In this document: positions 8,698 to 17,978 of the stretch, piece after piece
Numbering within the stretch: position 1 is the stretch's first letter
Layout: each line of letters opens with the position of its first letter
NCBI GenBank assembly: GCA_043753995.1
Contig: JAYUVP010000117.1
Location: 1-54,892 of the forward strand
Direction of reading: 5' to 3'
Length of the DNA stretch: 54,892 bases
Origin: Fibrobacterota bacterium
GTDB lineage: Bacteria > Fibrobacterota > Fibrobacteria > UBA11236
Notes under the pieces: model-generated
The model's input: only the letters and a program-made list of their open reading frames with translations
Database searches by the model: none
What the model was told of the DNA's origin: nothing
Position numbers and translations under genes: made by a program

Positions 8698-10140
8698 CTA
8701 AACCGGCAATTGGCGTATGCGTTCCAAGAGGCCGCTGGTCGAGAGCCCGGGAATTTTGTCGACGATATGAATGCGGCCGCCATGGGCTTTCACCGTAGGT
8801 GCTTCGATGCAATCAGCGCCGTATTCCGAGCCATTCACATGCACATCCGGCTTCACTTCGGTGAGAAAGGGCATGGGTACATCTTCGTCGAAGAGATGCA
8901 CATAATCGACGCAGCGCAAAGCGAGCAGCATGCTCGCGCGATCGGCTTCGCCGACGATGGGACGGCTCTCGGATTTGTAACGCTTCACCGAGGCATCCGT
9001 ATTGACGCCGACAATGAGGGCATCGCCCTGGGCCCGCGCTTGTTCGAGAATGAAAAGATGCCCGGCATGCAAAAGATCGAAGCTGCCGTTCACGGTCACC
9101 ACGGTTTTGCCCTGGGCCTTCAGGGTGTTCGATACAGGCGCGAGTTGGGCGCGGGTGAGGAGGCGATTGGCGCTGGCCTCATAGGCCACTAATTCTTCGG
9201 GAGTCACCGTGGCCGTTCCCAGCTTGCCCACCACCAGGCCCGCTGCCCGGTTGGCAAGATCGGCGGATTTGCGGTCGCTGAGCCCGGAGGCGCGGGCCAA
9301 GGCGAAGGTGGCCACTACAGTGTCGCCGGCGCCGCTAACGTCGAAAACCTCACGGGCCACGGTCGGCAGGGCGAAATGATTTCCGTCACGGCCGAAGAAA
9401 GCCATGCCCTGCGAGCCTAGGGTGAGCAGCACATTGGCGTTCAATTTCTTGACTAGGGCTCGGCCCACGCGTTTCAAGGCTTCGGGCGTGCAGGCCGATT
9501 CGGCTTCTCCCAGCAGGCCTTGCGATTCCTTCCAGTTCGGCGTGAGATAATCGCCGTTCACATAGAGCATGGCATGCTGTGGCCTGGGATCGATAATGAC
9601 TTGTTTGCCCGCCGCCTTGGCCCGGGCTAGGACTTCGGAAAGGACGCGAGGGGTAAGCAAGCCCTTGGCATAGTCGGGGACCACCACCATGGAACATTGG
9701 GGCAATTCCTGTGAAAAGGCGGCCAGAATTTGATCCTCGGTGGCCGGGGAAATCGCTTGGGTTTCTTCCCGATCGAGACGCAGCAATTGCTGGCGCGAGC
9801 CGACCAGGCGCGTCTTCATCATGGTGGGGCGACCGTCATGCACAGCGACCACGCGCACGCCATGCTGTTTCATCAGGGCATGAAAGGTTTCGCCACCGGC
9901 GTCCTGGCCAACCAGGCCGATGAGCACGGCCTTGCCCCCCAGCGAGGCGATATTGGCCGCCGTATTGGCCGCGCCTCCGGGTACCCGGCGGGTTTTGCTT
10001 TCGTCGATTCGCAGAATGGGAACTGGCGCCTCGGGCGAAATTCGGGAGCAATCGCCGATGAGATATTCGTCGACGAAAACATCGCCGAGAACCAGCAGGG
10101 ATTGACTGGGGAACCGGTCCAGGGAGGTGCGAATATCCAT
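8698..10140 (-). CDS. hldE: bifunctional heptose-7-phosphate kinase / heptose-1-phosphate adenylyltransferase
   Basis: RISPEAPVP, GGAANTA.N, DYAKG, VFDVSGAGDT (PfkB domain) plus NGSFDLLHAGH..GVNTDASV (cytidylyltransferase-like domain). Confidence 0.96.
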   Translation of the reverse strand: MDIRTSLDRFPSQSLLVLGDVFVDEYLIGDCSRISPEAPVPILRIDESKTRRVPGGAANTAANIASLGGKAVLIGLVGQDAGGETFHALMKQHGVRVVAVHDGRPTMMKTRLVGSRQQLLRLDREETQAISPATEDQILAAFSQELPQCSMVVVPDYAKGLLTPRVLSEVLARAKAAGKQVIIDPRPQHAMLYVNGDYLTPNWKESQGLLGEAESACTPEALKRVGRALVKKLNANVLLTLGSQGMAFFGRDGNHFALPTVAREVFDVSGAGDTVVATFALARASGLSDRKSADLANRAAGLVVGKLGTATVTPEELVAYEASANRLLTRAQLAPVSNTLKAQGKTVVTVNGSFDLLHAGHLFILEQARAQGDALIVGVNTDASVKRYKSESRPIVGEADRASMLLALRCVDYVHLFDEDVPMPFLTEVKPDVHVNGSEYGADCIEAPTVKAHGGRIHIVDKIPGLSTSGLLERIRQLPV

Positions 10141-10214
10141 GGGGGTAAGTTTAATTTGGTTTTGGGAATATCCCCGGCCTTCGGGGCTTGGTCGGGTTAA
10201 CTTCCTAGTGGATT

Positions 10215-10754
10215 ATGCTGCGATTTGGCCTGCAATACTGGCGCCGCCGCCTTTTGCAGCCAGGACAATTAGTCTTGGCTGCCCTGGCTTATGCCCTATT
10301 CGCCATCGCGCCTCATGATTATTTCCTGAATCATGAGCATGCGGGGGGCGGTCTCACCCATGAGCATTCCGTCTCCTCCTTGCATCAGGCGAATTTAGAG
10401 AGGCAAGTGATGGCGACTTTGAACGGCGCCACTTCGGAGATGGAAGACCACTTGTCCTCGACGGGTGAAGGGGAAACCTCGGTTGCAGCCCACCAAGGTT
10501 CACTCGCGGCGAGCGAAAGTCCGGCACCCTCGATACCGCCATATGCATTGACTGGCGCAGCGGGCCTCAAGGTCCCTCAATCATTCGCTCACGGACATTT
10601 CTTTTCCGACGCCAATCTCGTCGCCCTGGTCTTTGTCTTGTCTTTGTTCTGGGTGCTGCTGGGCAAGGCCGCCATGCCGGCATGGATTTTTCTGGCGAGC
10701 CCCAGCCTTCGCCTTTTGCCCGCCGCCGCGCGTGGGCCGCCCCGCTTCGTCTAA
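10215..10754 (+). CDS. His-rich DUF2946-like leader (putative ribosome-arrest) protein
   Basis: TM segment with LAYAL; HEH...HEH and HGH clusters; second hydrophobic segment; RGPP three residues before stop; upstream of a TBDT. Confidence 0.75.
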   Translation: MLRFGLQYWRRRLLQPGQLVLAALAYALFAIAPHDYFLNHEHAGGGLTHEHSVSSLHQANLERQVMATLNGATSEMEDHLSSTGEGETSVAAHQGSLAASESPAPSIPPYALTGAAGLKVPQSFAHGHFFSDANLVALVFVLSLFWVLLGKAAMPAWIFLASPSLRLLPAAARGPPRFV

Positions 10755-10942
10755 ATCCGCTCCCTATAAAAGCTAGAGCCGGGACTCAACCCGCAGGGGA
10801 AGGCCTTTTCGTGTTTCTCCGCTTCGTTTCGGCTCGCCTTCTCCATTCGGCTTGACCTGTCTTGGCTTGGCCAGGCCAGTGGAAAGCCCATAACCATTAG
10901 TCTAAGCCCTTCCAGAGGCAAAGACACTTTGGAGCCACGGAT

Positions 10943-13042
10943 ATGCTTTTCCGATTTTCTTCCGATACCGTCATGCGTGGGTTACCCTCTATTTTCAATT
11001 TGGGTTTCAGCCTTGGCGTCATCGCTATACTCGCGCCTAAAGTTCAAGCCCAGGCATCCGCGCAAGACAGCGCAGCGCTGGTCATGACCGAACAGACGGC
11101 ACTCAGCCGCAAGCCTTTTTCGGCCGCCAGCAGCCAAACCATTCGCGATCGCGACTTCGAAACGCGCGTCATGCTCAAGCCTTCGGACCTCCTCAAGGTC
11201 ACGCCCGGTCTTTTTACCGGGCAGCATTCAGGCGGGGGCAAGGCTAATCAGTATTTCCTGCGCGGCTTCGACATCGATCATGGCACTGATTTGGCGCTTT
11301 GGGTCGACCATTTGCCCGTGAACATGGTGTCCCATGCCCATGGGCAAGGCTATGCCGATTTGCATTTCATCATTCCCGAATTGTTTCAGCGTGTCGAAGT
11401 GAATAAGGGACCGTATTCCGTCGAGTATGGCGATTTCGCCACGGCAGGCGCGGTGCGCATGGTCACGCGCGATCATTTCGACGAGAGCTATGCCTCCTTG
11501 CAAGCCGGTATGTTTCAAGACTATCGGTTTGTAGGACGGTGGTCGGCAGGCGATACCCTTCTCAAACCCACCTTGGCCGCCGAAATCGCGCGGAATGATG
11601 GGCCTTTCGACAGCCCCGAAAATTTGGAACGCTACAATCTCTTCGCCCGCTCAAAATTATGGCGAAGCGAAGCGGCCAGCTTGGACTTGACCTTCATGGG
11701 CTATGGTTCTTCTTGGCAGGGTTCGGGACAAGTGCCTGAACGCGCCGTGAAGTCGGGACTCATTTCGCGCTGGGGCCATATCGATCCCAGCGAAGGCGGC
11801 AATTCCTTGCGTCACAGTTTGTCCTTTCGCTTGCACAATGGCGAAAGTGCGGGTGAGACCCAGGACGAATGGAATCTTTCGGCTTATGCTATGCAATACC
11901 GCTTGAACCTTTATTCCAACTTCACCTTTTATGCCGCTGATTCCGTGAACGGGGATGAAATCGAACAAGTCGACGATCGTCTGGTCACCGGCTTCCGTGC
12001 TGATTCTCGCCGCCAGCGCAAGCTGCTGGGTATGCCCGCCGAAACCTATTTAGGCGTGGAATGGCGCAGTGATCGCATTGAAAATGGCCTCTATCGCGAT
12101 GTCCGTCGGACGCGCATTGGCGCGACGGTGCAGGACAAGGTGACCGAGTCTAGCCTGGGAATATTCTTGCAAGAAGAGATGCAAGTCTTGCCCTGGTTAT
12201 GCGCCCAAATCGGCAGCCGAGCCGACTATTTCAGTTTCGGCGTGAATGATCCACTGGAAACTCTTTCCGACAGCGCGGCGAAATCCTCGGGAGCGAGATC
12301 GGCGTCGATTTTCAGTCCCAAGGGCAATTTGATTGTCGGGCCTTTTTATCGCACCGAGTTTTATCTGAATTCCGGTTACGGATTTCACAGCAATGACTCT
12401 CGCGGCGTGGTGGCGGGAAGTGATCCCGTGACGCCCTTGTCCCAAGCCTTGGGTTATGAGGTGGGAATGCGCACGGCCTTGCTTCCGCGCGTCGAAGTCG
12501 CGGCCTCGCTTTGGGCTTTAGATCTCGCCAGCGAATTGGTTTGGGTGGGAGATGAAGGACGCACCGAAGCCAGGCCGGCCACCGAAAGGCGGGGCGTCGA
12601 TCTAGAAGCGCGCGCCACTTTGTTGTCTTGGCTATTCGCCGACGTCGACCTGACTTGGGCCAAGGCGGTTTATGTCGAGAATGCGGGCAATGGCGATGCC
12701 GTCGCCCTGGCGCCCACCTTCACCTTAGCGGGCGGCATTTCCGCCGTTCACCTCAGTGGATTCAAAGGGAGCTTGCGTTTGCACCATCTCGCCGATCGCC
12801 CCGCCACCGAGGACGAAAGCCTCACGGCGGAGGGCTTTACCGTGGTGGATGTCGCGGCCATTTACCGATGGCGGCAGGTGGAATTTTCCTTGGATATTGC
12901 CAATGTCTTCAATACCGATTGGCGTGAGGCGCAATTTGAGAATGAATCACGACTTCAATCAGAAGCCGAAGCCGTCACGGATATCCATTACGTCCCCGGC
13001 CATCCGCTCACCTTGAGAAGCGGAGCCAAGTTGTTTTTTTAG
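10943..13042 (+). CDS. TonB-dependent receptor
   Basis: Plug motif QHSGGGKANQYFLRGFDIDHGTD..PVNMVSHAHGQGYADL..KGPY..GDFATAG; ends in Phe. Confidence 0.94.
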   Translation: MLFRFSSDTVMRGLPSIFNLGFSLGVIAILAPKVQAQASAQDSAALVMTEQTALSRKPFSAASSQTIRDRDFETRVMLKPSDLLKVTPGLFTGQHSGGGKANQYFLRGFDIDHGTDLALWVDHLPVNMVSHAHGQGYADLHFIIPELFQRVEVNKGPYSVEYGDFATAGAVRMVTRDHFDESYASLQAGMFQDYRFVGRWSAGDTLLKPTLAAEIARNDGPFDSPENLERYNLFARSKLWRSEAASLDLTFMGYGSSWQGSGQVPERAVKSGLISRWGHIDPSEGGNSLRHSLSFRLHNGESAGETQDEWNLSAYAMQYRLNLYSNFTFYAADSVNGDEIEQVDDRLVTGFRADSRRQRKLLGMPAETYLGVEWRSDRIENGLYRDVRRTRIGATVQDKVTESSLGIFLQEEMQVLPWLCAQIGSRADYFSFGVNDPLETLSDSAAKSSGARSASIFSPKGNLIVGPFYRTEFYLNSGYGFHSNDSRGVVAGSDPVTPLSQALGYEVGMRTALLPRVEVAASLWALDLASELVWVGDEGRTEARPATERRGVDLEARATLLSWLFADVDLTWAKAVYVENAGNGDAVALAPTFTLAGGISAVHLSGFKGSLRLHHLADRPATEDESLTAEGFTVVDVAAIYRWRQVEFSLDIANVFNTDWREAQFENESRLQSEAEAVTDIHYVPGHPLTLRSGAKLFF

Positions 13043-13049
13043 CGCCACA

Positions 13050-13274
13050 TCACTTGGGGCAATCCTTTCCGAGCCGCCACATGTTTCCATCGGCGAGGCT
13101 CGCGACGAGGCAATTGCCAACCGCCGCCACACCCAAGGCTTCCCCAGGCAAGCCGGTGCCAAAGGTCTCCCAGATACCTTGATCTGGGAGATGGCGAACC
13201 ACTCCAGAGGATTGGGCTGCGGCGTAAAGCTTGCCATCCATGACGGCAAAGCCGCGAATATCCCCTTCATCCAA
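13050..13274 (-). pseudogene. C-terminal fragment of a BNR/beta-propeller-type protein
   Basis: LYAA..SGV..W..FGTGLP..LVASLADGNMWR blade-like pattern; in-frame stop at 13359-13361 and no credible 5' part. Confidence 0.45.
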
Positions 13275-13648
13275 TTCGTGATTGCCGCATCGGATACCAA
13301 GGAGTTCTGGCGCACCGTGAACGAGGATGATCTCGGACGCTGGCTGGCGACCAGTAAGCTATTGGCCCTGGGATCGGTGGCTGAACAATTGTTCAATATT
13401 CTAGAACTCGATATCGGGTCCGGTTATTATGGATTTTCCTATGAGGTCAGAGTCGATACACCTGCATTATTGTCCACATCCAGTAAAATCGATACACCAG
13501 ATACTTCGCTTATGCTTTGGCCGCCCACGAATAAATACAACTATGCCCTTTGCCCGCATGACGCCGCAGGGACGACAATTATTTGTGAATTTTGTCGCGT
13601 ATTTACTGTTCCAGAAGCCCACTCCATTGGCGGAGGTGCGCCGGCGCT

Positions 13649-14224
13649 TTAGGCCAAAGGTATGGGCCCGAAACATTTCAGCCAAAGGGCCTCGGCATTG
13701 ATGCGGCGAATTTCCGGCGCTAGATAATTCCAATCCATTTCCTGCGGAGAAATGCGCAGCATGGTGCGTATGTCCTCAATGTGCTTTTCCGATCCGCCTT
13801 CTAAGTGATATTGCAATTTTCGAAGGATCACATATTCCGGTGGCGCTAACCAAACATCAAAATCTGGAAGTATGGTTTGCCGCCGCCGATGATTCAGGCC
13901 CCAGCGATGCCATTCCGCTCCTTTTTCGAGATAGATATCCGCTTTTAAGCCGCTTAAAAAATGAATCAGATTAAAGTGGGCAAAAGCGCGGCGGCGAATC
14001 TCCGCACGTAAAATTTCCTCCGGAGGGCAATAAAAATCACTTTCAGGATAGGCGGCCAAGAGCTCTGACAATCTTTCTTCAGGAAGTGAAAGGACCAAGT
14101 CCAAATCAAGCGTCATGCGAGGTTCGCCGTAAAACATGGCCGCAACCGATCCCGTAATCATGTAGGGAAGGCCCATTGATTCTAAAGGCCCGGCGAAAAT
14201 TTTTGCGATATCAGCGGGATGCAT
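13649..14224 (-). CDS. nucleotidyltransferase-fold protein, putative toxin
   Basis: YMITGSVAAMFYGEPRMTLDLDLV (GS..T.D.D), FNLIH..G.KADI, PEYVILRKL, KH.EDI; ATG 14224 overlaps the upstream gene end. Confidence 0.8.
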   Translation of the reverse strand: MHPADIAKIFAGPLESMGLPYMITGSVAAMFYGEPRMTLDLDLVLSLPEERLSELLAAYPESDFYCPPEEILRAEIRRRAFAHFNLIHFLSGLKADIYLEKGAEWHRWGLNHRRRQTILPDFDVWLAPPEYVILRKLQYHLEGGSEKHIEDIRTMLRISPQEMDWNYLAPEIRRINAEALWLKCFGPIPLA

Positions 14225-14462
14225 GCAGGAATATCCTTTTGACCTCGGTCTGCACTTGCTCCTCAGACCACTCGGGATGCTGACTGCGAACACCCGCTGA
14301 CTTCATGTCGCGGGCAAACCAATAAAGGTTTTGAATGACCTGCCATTTTTCGGCCGGCGTCATGCGGCGAATGGCGGCAATACGGACTTTTTCAGCCTCG
14401 GCGAGATGAGGCGGCAAGTCCTCTTCCGAATAAGAAATGGGCGAAAAAAGCGGTTCAGCCAT
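14211..14462 (-). CDS. small helical protein, putative antitoxin of the downstream NTase
   Basis: 83 aa; RRMTPAEK..AGVRSQHPEWSEE motif; overlaps the NTase start. Confidence 0.72.
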   Translation of the reverse strand: MAEPLFSPISYSEEDLPPHLAEAEKVRIAAIRRMTPAEKWQVIQNLYWFARDMKSAGVRSQHPEWSEEQVQTEVKRIFLHASR

Positions 14463-14692
14463 GGGCCAAAGGTACCCACGAAAACCCTGTCGCGGAACCA
14501 CGGCGAAACGCTAAACGAAGGTAAAAGGAAGTTTTGAGGCTGGATCTTTTAATGCCCTAGGCCGCAAGCTGGCCGAGACCTCCCCGTCGCGGTGCTTGTG
14601 ACCTAGGACATGGGCATTTTAATGCTGTCTCTTCCTAAGCGCATGCTATTCGCAAGATTGTCGAACACCCCAGGTAAACGGTAAGAGCCGAT

Positions 14693-15694
14693 TCAAGTAA
14701 TGGCTGTACCGGTTCGTACAGACTTCAAAAATTCACGTGCCCGCGCCTCGGAATAATAAAGGCCATCAGAATGGGCCGCGATGAAACTGCAATGCCCCCC
14801 ATGCTTGGAAATTTCCAAGCAAAAATTCGGATTCGCTCTGGCGATTTCTCGCGGATAGCAAGTAGCCGATAAAAAAGGATCGTCGAGGCTGGTGAGCAGC
14901 AAGGTCGGGACGACGATGGCCGGTAAAAAGGCAAGGCAGGCATTGGCTTGCCAATAGGCATGGGCGTCGGGATAACCGAAATCCGGCGCCGTATAGCGAT
15001 TGTCGAAATCATGAATGTCACGAATGTGTGAAAATGCATCATCGCTAATCTCACTCGGCAGGGTCTTCATTTTCGCGCGCACCTTGCCGCGAAAGGAAAG
15101 CAGAAAGCGTTTGAGATAAATGAAATTCACCGGACGACGTAAGTTTTCAGCGCAAGCTTCGAGATCGCATGGCACCGAAACTGCCACGGCCCCGCGCAGG
15201 CCTGCCGGGATGCGACCGCCGATTTCACCCAGGTATTTGAGCAGGACATTGCCTCCCAGGCTAAATCCCAACAAATCGAAAACAGCATGGGTTTTTTGGC
15301 CATGCGCGATCACCGCCTCGAGGTCATCGGTTTTTCCGCTGTGATAAAAAAACTTTTTCTTGTTCGGCTGTCCCCCGCAGCCGCGCATATTCCAGGCGAG
15401 TATGTCCCAGCCCGCGGCATATAAGGCCACGGCCATGCCACGAACATAGACCGCATCGGAGGAACCTTCCATTCCATGGGCAATCACCGCCAGGGGACGC
15501 GAGCTCAAGGCCCCCTTCGATGGCATTGACTGGCACCAAAAATCGAGATCGAGAAAATCCCCGTCAGCCGTCTCTATTGTTTCGCGTCGATAGGGTGGCT
15601 GTGCCACGCGGCGAAACAAGGTGGGATAAACCGTTTGCGCATGGGACCAGCGGAAATAAAGAGGTGGGCGATAAGGCGAGTCGATCAGGGGCAA
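14693..15694 (-). CDS. YheT-family alpha/beta hydrolase
   Basis: H.QT, RE..T.DGDF.DLD, HGMEGSS, GFSLGG nucleophile elbow, DDPF, GGH. Confidence 0.92.
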   Translation of the reverse strand: MPLIDSPYRPPLYFRWSHAQTVYPTLFRRVAQPPYRRETIETADGDFLDLDFWCQSMPSKGALSSRPLAVIAHGMEGSSDAVYVRGMAVALYAAGWDILAWNMRGCGGQPNKKKFFYHSGKTDDLEAVIAHGQKTHAVFDLLGFSLGGNVLLKYLGEIGGRIPAGLRGAVAVSVPCDLEACAENLRRPVNFIYLKRFLLSFRGKVRAKMKTLPSEISDDAFSHIRDIHDFDNRYTAPDFGYPDAHAYWQANACLAFLPAIVVPTLLLTSLDDPFLSATCYPREIARANPNFCLEISKHGGHCSFIAAHSDGLYYSEARAREFLKSVRTGTAIT

Positions 15695-15719
15695 AAAAAC
15701 CTCAGGTTTCGTGGCGGCT

Positions 15720-17114
15720 TCAGCGGAATAGTTTACGAAGTCCAGAGAATACGGCTTGCTTCATGGTAGCGCCCGTGATACCCAATTGCTGATCGCGCCA
15801 TCCGCCTTGAAGGGTGCAGCCCACATAGGGTGTCCCCGCCTCATAGCGCAGGGCATTGCGGCCCAAAGTCCCCAGGGAGGCGGCCAGAGTCTTTTCGAGG
15901 CGGGCCCGCAAAAGCAAATCGGCTCCTGCCTCATAGTCGAAATGCCCTTGGCCATTCACGGAAATGGGGCTGCCCTTGGCCTCGAAGGACCCAAGCCGCA
16001 AGCTGCGGCGCTGAAGCTGAACGGCTTCGGCATGCAAGGCATCGAAGCGCATTTCATTCATCATGGGCAAAACCTTGCGCACGAGATAGCCGCGTTGAAA
16101 GGCGAAGCCCTTGGCGGCCAAATCGCGGCAGGTGACCTTTCCCGCGCCGGAAAAGGTCGACAATAAGGCCACCAAGGCGGCCTCGTCGCTTCCGGTTTCG
16201 CCTTCGCTTCCCAGGGGCATAGGCGCTTGGGACGACAGTTGGAATGTTCCGTCGCACCGGCCTTGCCACGAGGCATCACCGGCCTTGGCGGGAATGGGAA
16301 TAGAGGCCAGATCAAGTGATTGAAATTGGATTTTTGCCTTCACGCCCGACCGTGATGGTCGCGACCAAGATGCCTGGCCTTTCACATCGCCTCCAAAAGC
16401 CCGCGCCTCGAAGCTCTTGACCTGGATTTTGTCGGCGGTGATGCGGATGTCGAAATCAAAAGACTTAGCGCCCAGGTTTCCGTAACTTGCGCGTTTCCCT
16501 GACCCCTCCAAGCGAAAACCCGAAGCCGCGGTCATGCCCGCGGAGGCATGCATTTCGTCGAAGCGCAAATCAGGCTTGCCGTTTCCGAGCCGCACCGACA
16601 CTTCGCGCGCCACCAAATCAGGGGATTGTAACCAGCCAGCCACAGGCTTCAGGCAAGGACCGGCATGTCCGGCCAATCCGGCAAGGGTCTGCATGGCCTC
16701 GGCCAAATCATCACGAGGTTCCTTTGGCGAATTCGCCCCGTTGTTTTGGCCCTCGCGCGGGGCAGGCGTGATGCGCAAACCCTTTAGGCGAATAGTGGCG
16801 ACGCGGGGTTGCCAGCCCTTCAGGCTAAACCAAGCCAAGGAAAAATCGGCGCGTTCGACGGCCAAGGAAAAGGGCCCCAAATCCAGGCTGGCACGCCGCA
16901 GCCGCAGGCCGCGCAGCAGGGACAATTCGGCCTTGCCGGCCGCCACCCGCGACAAATGAGCCTCGCTACAAGCCTTCGGAAGGGGCAAGGTGTCGAGATG
17001 CACCAAGGCGGTGACGGGCCAATATATCCAGGCCATGGCGAGGGCACCCAATACGGCTAAAACCAGCATGGCCTTACCGCGAAACGCCAATAACCCAAAG
17101 CGCTTTTTCGCCAT
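15720..17114 (-). CDS. AsmA-like envelope protein
   Basis: Single N-terminal TM anchor, beta-rich repeats (FEARAFGG.V.G), AsmA-like C-terminus. Confidence 0.6.
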   Translation of the reverse strand: MAKKRFGLLAFRGKAMLVLAVLGALAMAWIYWPVTALVHLDTLPLPKACSEAHLSRVAAGKAELSLLRGLRLRRASLDLGPFSLAVERADFSLAWFSLKGWQPRVATIRLKGLRITPAPREGQNNGANSPKEPRDDLAEAMQTLAGLAGHAGPCLKPVAGWLQSPDLVAREVSVRLGNGKPDLRFDEMHASAGMTAASGFRLEGSGKRASYGNLGAKSFDFDIRITADKIQVKSFEARAFGGDVKGQASWSRPSRSGVKAKIQFQSLDLASIPIPAKAGDASWQGRCDGTFQLSSQAPMPLGSEGETGSDEAALVALLSTFSGAGKVTCRDLAAKGFAFQRGYLVRKVLPMMNEMRFDALHAEAVQLQRRSLRLGSFEAKGSPISVNGQGHFDYEAGADLLLRARLEKTLAASLGTLGRNALRYEAGTPYVGCTLQGGWRDQQLGITGATMKQAVFSGLRKLFR

Positions 17115-17206
17115 AGGCTAAATCGTAATCGGGACGGGATTTTAAGAGCTGAATATTTCGCACCTTTTTTCGCGCTGAGTTTGACGACGCCTCAACGGGA
17201 GATGCC

Positions 17207-17950
17207 ATGACTTCGGAAACCACCGTCCTATCTCATCACGGCAAAAGCACGGCCCCCGCGCGCAGCAAGGCGCAATTGCTTAAGGGCGTCGATCTTTTTT
17301 CGCCTCTCGACGATCAGCAAATCGCCTTGCTAGCCCCAATGGCGCATGAAAAAAACTATGACAAGGGCGAGGCCATCCTTTTTGAGGACGATGACAGCCA
17401 TCAGGGCTTTTTTCTCATCGTCTCGGGCGAGGTCAAGGTGGTGCTCACCTCCATGGATGGCAAGGAAACCATTCTCGCATCCCTAAAAGAAGGCGACTTC
17501 TTCGGAGAAATGGCCTTGCTCGACGGCGAACCGCGCTCCGCCACCGTGCGGGCCGTCGACTCCTCCTTGCTTTTAGCCATTCGCCGCGACGACTTCCTGC
17601 AATTCTTGAAAAAGCATCCCGACGTCGCCCTGGTTTTGCTCGCGGAAATGTCACGGCGCCTACGCAAGAGCAATAAGCAAGTCTCCTCCCTGGCCCTCAT
17701 GGGCGTGCATGGCCGCGTAGCCGAAGCCCTGCTCAAACTCATGGAAGAACGCGGCGTCCGCCAAAAAACCCGCGAAGGAAAATCCATCGTGGTGATTCAC
17801 GATCGGCCCACCCAGCAATTCATTGCCGACATGTCCGGCTCAGCCCGCGAAACCGTATCGCGCGTACTCAAACACTTCGAACAAAAAGGCTGGATAGCCG
17901 TCGACGGCCGCAACCTGGTGATCATTGATCCCGGGAAGCTGCAAGCTTAG
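17207..17950 (+). CDS. Crp/Fnr family transcriptional regulator
   Basis: cNMP pocket FFGEMALLDGEPRSATV; HTH TQQFIADMSGSARETVSRVL. Confidence 0.95.
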   Translation: MTSETTVLSHHGKSTAPARSKAQLLKGVDLFSPLDDQQIALLAPMAHEKNYDKGEAILFEDDDSHQGFFLIVSGEVKVVLTSMDGKETILASLKEGDFFGEMALLDGEPRSATVRAVDSSLLLAIRRDDFLQFLKKHPDVALVLLAEMSRRLRKSNKQVSSLALMGVHGRVAEALLKLMEERGVRQKTREGKSIVVIHDRPTQQFIADMSGSARETVSRVLKHFEQKGWIAVDGRNLVIIDPGKLQA

Positions 17951-17978
17951 AGCCGTTCCTTTGTGTTTTCGTCCGAGC

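Noticed and set aside
10755..10942. Cobalamin or other riboswitch upstream of the TBDT
   Set aside because: No B12-box or other riboswitch consensus recognised by eye; the leader ORF explains the layout better. An Rfam scan would settle it
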